Below, one piece after another: positions 60,171 through 64,000 of a DNA stretch of 64,000 bases. Position 1 is the first letter of the stretch. Every line of letters begins with the position of its first letter. The DNA is taken from positions 30,880,395 through 30,944,394 of the forward strand of contig CP154954.1 of assembly GCA_039621445.1 (NCBI GenBank), in the 5' to 3' direction. The position numbers were made by a program, and so were the translations under genes. The notes beneath the pieces were generated by a model. The model was not told where the DNA came from, did not search any database, and was given only the letters and a program-made list of their open reading frames with translations. Source of the DNA: Euglena gracilis (Eukaryota).

Positions 60171-63100
60171 ATGATCCTCCTCATCCGTCGGCCTCCCACA
60201 GCATCACGAATGTGCTCCTCCCCCTCCTCCTCCCCGTTGCTCCTCTCCTCATTACCACTGCCTCCGATTTTTCCCGAATCCCTGGTGGACTGGCACAAGT
60301 CTTTCAAATGGATAACCCAACACACCTCGTCCCCGGTTTTGGCCTTCCGGGGCCGCCTATTTGTCTTCCATCAGCACACGCTATGGGACACCCGCTTCCC
60401 ACCGCCAGCACCGTGCTCCTCTTGTAAGGAGTGGCATTGGCCTTGGCTTTGCTCATCCGTGCTACCGCGCCGGGCAACAGTTCCGCCACGTCCGGCGTTC
60501 ACTCGCTGCGCCTTCCGCTTTCCCACCTCCGTTCGGGAAAGCTGGCTGCCGCCCTTTTCCTCCCTGTCCGCCCTTCTGCGTTCTGGCAGAGGTTTCGCCT
60601 TGCTCTCCTGCGGCGACATTGAGAGTAATCCTGGGCCCACCTCCAATCGAGACTCCGCCAAAAAGACTCGCCAGAGTCGGGAATCACATGCCCCCACACC
60701 CTCTACACCCCACACTGGTTTGTCTCAGGAAATGGCTTTGGCCTCCCTCTCCCCCACACCATCCTCCCCGGCAGCAACGGCGGAGCAAACCGGCATGCCG
60801 TCTGACCCTGGTCCGGGATTTTCTTTTGCTTCACATGATACCTGCCCATTTGCTGATTGCCCACGGTCACGGACAACCATGACCCGTTCTCAGGTCCCAT
60901 CTCACGTCTCTCAACACGTCGCGGCTGGAAGAATACCCACCCCCGACTTCTTGCGGGCCACTGCCACCACGACTTGCGCCGTCTGTCGGACCTTACTGCG
61001 AGCCAGAGAACGTTGTCAATGCCCCCACCAGGGTGCTCCAGCCGTCCACGCCTCCTCACACCCCTCCTCCCCACTTCCCTCTTCATCGCTCCCACCCGTC
61101 GGGGACGGCACTCCCCTTTCCCACCCGTGCCCAGATCTGCAGCCCGATCTGCAGGTGGTTCTCTCCACCATCTGCCCCACTCTCCGACATATTCCCTTGT
61201 CATGTCGTCATGCGATTTCTGACGCCTTGGCATCTGCCATTCAGACCTTTCTCCGTGCACAAACCTGGGAATCTCTACACCGCCTGTTCATCTTTCCAAA
61301 ACTCGATCTTGGTGCCCCTCCCAAAAACTCGTCTTACCATCAACGCACGTTGCATTGCCTCTTGGAGAAGAGACTCTCTCAATGGCATGCAGGGGAGATT
61401 GCCGCCCTGTTTGAACCCCTTCGCTCTGACGGACGGCGAAAACGTCCCAGCACCCGTGCCAACCCCTCTAACGCTGCTTCTGATTCTGTGGCGCGCGGTC
61501 TTCTGGACCAGGTGCGCGGTCTCGTTGAGGAAGGGGCTCTCGGCAAGGCTGTAGACGCTCTAACCTCTTTGCCCTTGGCATCCTCCGGGGACCCAGCAGT
61601 TCTAGAGAAACTCCTCTCACTCCATCCACCGGGGTCTCCTGTCCGAGCCAACTTGCCGCTGCCTGGGGCAGGCAACATTCCACCAGCTGCTGACTTCAAC
61701 TGGACTTCAATTATGCAAGAAGCCGCAGCCTCTTTCCCTCGCGGCAGCGCCCCCGGCCCATCTGGTCTCCGTCCACAACACCTTCGGGACTTGTTGGATC
61801 GCGAGGCAGGTGCAGGCCCCTTGCACACAGCCCTGGGGTCCCTGGCTCAGAGGGCCTGGGAAGGCTCTTTGCCAGCAAATGCATCGATCATTTTTGGTAC
61901 ATCCAACCTAATCCCACTTACCAAAAAAGATGGTGGGCTCCGGCCGATCGCTGTGGGGGACTGTCTCCGCCGTTTCATTGGGAAAATGCTGTTGCGACAT
62001 CCGCAGTGCAAAACGGAAACTTCTCAGCTGTTCCCGAGGCAATTGGGAGTGGGGATTCGGTACGGTGCGGAGACAGTGGGGCTTGCAGTGCAGGCTGCGA
62101 TAGCCTCTCTGCCGGTTGATGGCGACTGGGTCGTTTTTCAGGCTGACGTTTCCAATGCCTTCAACACCGTTGACCGATCTGCCTTCCTACAAGCATCCCT
62201 GGACCTGTGCCCGTCCCTATACAATTGGCTCCGATTTTCCTACGGGGAAGATGTCCCGCTTCTGTGCCAGGGCGAAGTGGTATGTCACAGCAGGACCGGC
62301 GTCCATCAGGGGGACACCTGTGGGCCCATTGCCTTTGCCTTGGGTCTGCACCAGGCACTGCAACAGGCTTCGGCCGCCTTGCCTAACACGGTGTGGCAGG
62401 CGTGGTACTTGGATGACGGAACTGTCATCGGCCCTGCCATTGATGTTTTGCCTTTCACAGCTTCTCTAGCCACGGCACTCGGCTCAGTTGGGCTCCGCCT
62501 CAACCCCTCTAAATGCGCCCTGTGGGACCAGGTGTACCCTGTGCCACCCCGAAACCCCCAGCCCTTCAGATCCTCCCTCCCGAGCACCTTGCACAAAACT
62601 TCCCAATCACTCCCTGGGGACCGGGAACTGGCATCCTGTGCCTTGGAGTGCCATGTGACTACCCCGGTGACAGCACCTTCTCCGACACTACCTGGGCCAA
62701 GGCATCCGAAAAATTTCAAGCTACCATCTCGTGCCTCCAACAGCTGCCGGACCCCCAACTTCAACATTGTTTACTACGCAATTGTCTGGACGGCTGTCGC
62801 GTGACACACCTGCTACGTCAAACAAACATTTCCTCTGGTACAGAGAGTGTGCAAATGATCTCAGATTCTATCCGGCGTGCGGCCTGTGACATTGTGGGAG
62901 CACCCCTGTCTACCCTGCATTGGAACCAAATCACCTTGCCATGCAACAAGACGGGATGGGGTATCACAGACCCCTCGTTGGAAAGACCAGCTGCCCGTCT
63001 GGCTGCCTGCGTGGGTTTTTCCCAACGGGCGCCTGGCTTCAATATCCCTCCACTCTGGTGCTTGAAGCCGCTACCAGACACCATCCCTGTTGCCCAATTG

Positions 63101-63608
63101 GCTCGTGATATGGGCCCGCACGGCGAACCACTGGCTTCCTGGATCGCCAACCCTTCCTCCTTGGCTCATTCCACCCCAGATCATTCCACTCAATCGTGGT
63201 GGGCCGAACGTTTCCACGTCGTTCGCGTGGCAACCCTGGAGGAAGGTGCACCTCTTCGGGACATCGCCAGACTTCGTTGTCAGTCCTCTGCCTTCCTCCA
63301 GAATTGGATGACCGTCCTACCGTCCAGGTCGGTGAACACTGTCCTAGCACCGGACGAATACAGACTACTATTGCGCTTCTGGACCGGTTTGCCCCTTATC
63401 CCAACAACAGATATGCTTTTGTGCCCCCTGTGTGCTGAGGCGGTCGATCCGTTCGGTGACCACCTCCTGGCTTGCAGGAGGAATGGCATAACAGAAAGAC
63501 ACAACTGCGTTCGCGACGCCATCTTTGATCTCTGCCAACGCTCAGGCATCACCCTGCGCAAAGAACAGGGGTGTGAGGCTGGCACCCGTGACGCAGATCT
63601 CCTCCTCC
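60171..63608 (+). mobile_element. CRE-clade non-LTR retrotransposon: CCHC peptide, 2A, Zn finger, RT, CCHC, RLE; one frameshift; 3' part interrupted
   Basis: RT motifs SAPGPSGLRPQHL, LIPLTKKDGGLRPIAVGD, QLGVG..GAE, DVSNAFN, GVHQGD..GP, WYLDD and GLRLNPSKC. C-terminal CPLC..H..C, RHN and RDAD motifs. Frame changes near 62525. Confidence 0.92.
60561..60638 (+). other. 2A-like ribosomal skipping (StopGo) sequence
   Basis: SLSALLRSGRGFALLSCGDIESNPG-P matches D(V/I)ExNPGP with an upstream hydrophobic stretch, in frame with RT. Confidence 0.85.
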
Positions 63609-64000
63609 CAGGGTTGACGTTTTTTTTGTTTTTTTAAAAAAAAACAAAAAACATGTTTTTTTAAAAAAACACAAAAAACATGTTTTTTTGAAAAAGCAAA
63701 AATTGACCTTTTTCCTTGTGAAATACCCATTTTTGAAGAAAATTTTTCGGGGGTGGTTCGGGTCACGGGGGGGGGGGTCACGAGGGGGGTAACGGGGGGA
63801 AGGGGGTCACGGGGGAACATCACATTTTCGGTGGCCAAATTAGGAATCACCAAAAACGAATTTTTTGGGGAAAATATTTTTTAGGCTCAAATTAGGAATC
63901 CCCAACCTAAAATTAGCATTTTGACACCAAATTCGACATCACCATTCCAAATTTGGCGAAATTTATGCCTTAAAATTAGGAATCAACCTGAATATTTTGT
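63609..64000. mobile_element. MITE inserted in the CRE endonuclease, running off the window; related to the repeat at ~59000-59560
   Basis: Starts CAGGGTTG and shares GGGTCACGGGGG and AAATTAGGAATC motifs with the 59 kb copy. Confidence 0.7.

Noticed and set aside
62530-62804. C-terminal tail of the 947-aa ORF
   Set aside because: Out-of-frame read-through after the frameshift; RT homology continues in the 62513-63637 frame.
1-64000. rRNA, tRNA or SL RNA genes; prokaryotic operons
   Set aside because: No recognisable signatures by eye; a covariance-model search would be needed to exclude small RNAs.

Overview
Eukaryotic, extremely repeat-rich nuclear DNA. It is most likely from a euglenid such as Euglena, inferred from a gene that mixes GT-AG introns with non-canonical stem-loop introns; no database check was possible. 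Most of the 64 kb is a nested mosaic of non-autonomous DNA transposons (MITE and fold-back types) and microsatellites, so nearly all listed ORFs are spurious. The transposons show at least five target-site-duplication (TSD) classes: 8 bp hAT-like, 7 bp P-like, 5 bp, TTAA and TA. One host gene can be reconstructed by hand on the minus strand (about 42.6 to 35.2 kb): a Pro-rich, two-RRM RNA-binding protein of ELAV/Sxl/CELF type, with two GT-AG introns and three non-canonical introns in the resolved part. The right end holds a nearly intact CRE-clade non-LTR retrotransposon (RT plus restriction-like endonuclease, RLE). Its ORF carries a virus-like 2A/StopGo motif (GDIESNPG-P) that would separate a small CCHC-knuckle protein from the RT polyprotein. 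A fragment of a second CRE family lies nearby. The two most notable signals are the 2A-split RLE retroelement and the geometric match between the non-canonical introns (3+5 nt flanking CAG...CTG) and the local 8-bp-TSD CAG...CTG MITEs. Coordinates were counted manually and may be off by a few bases.
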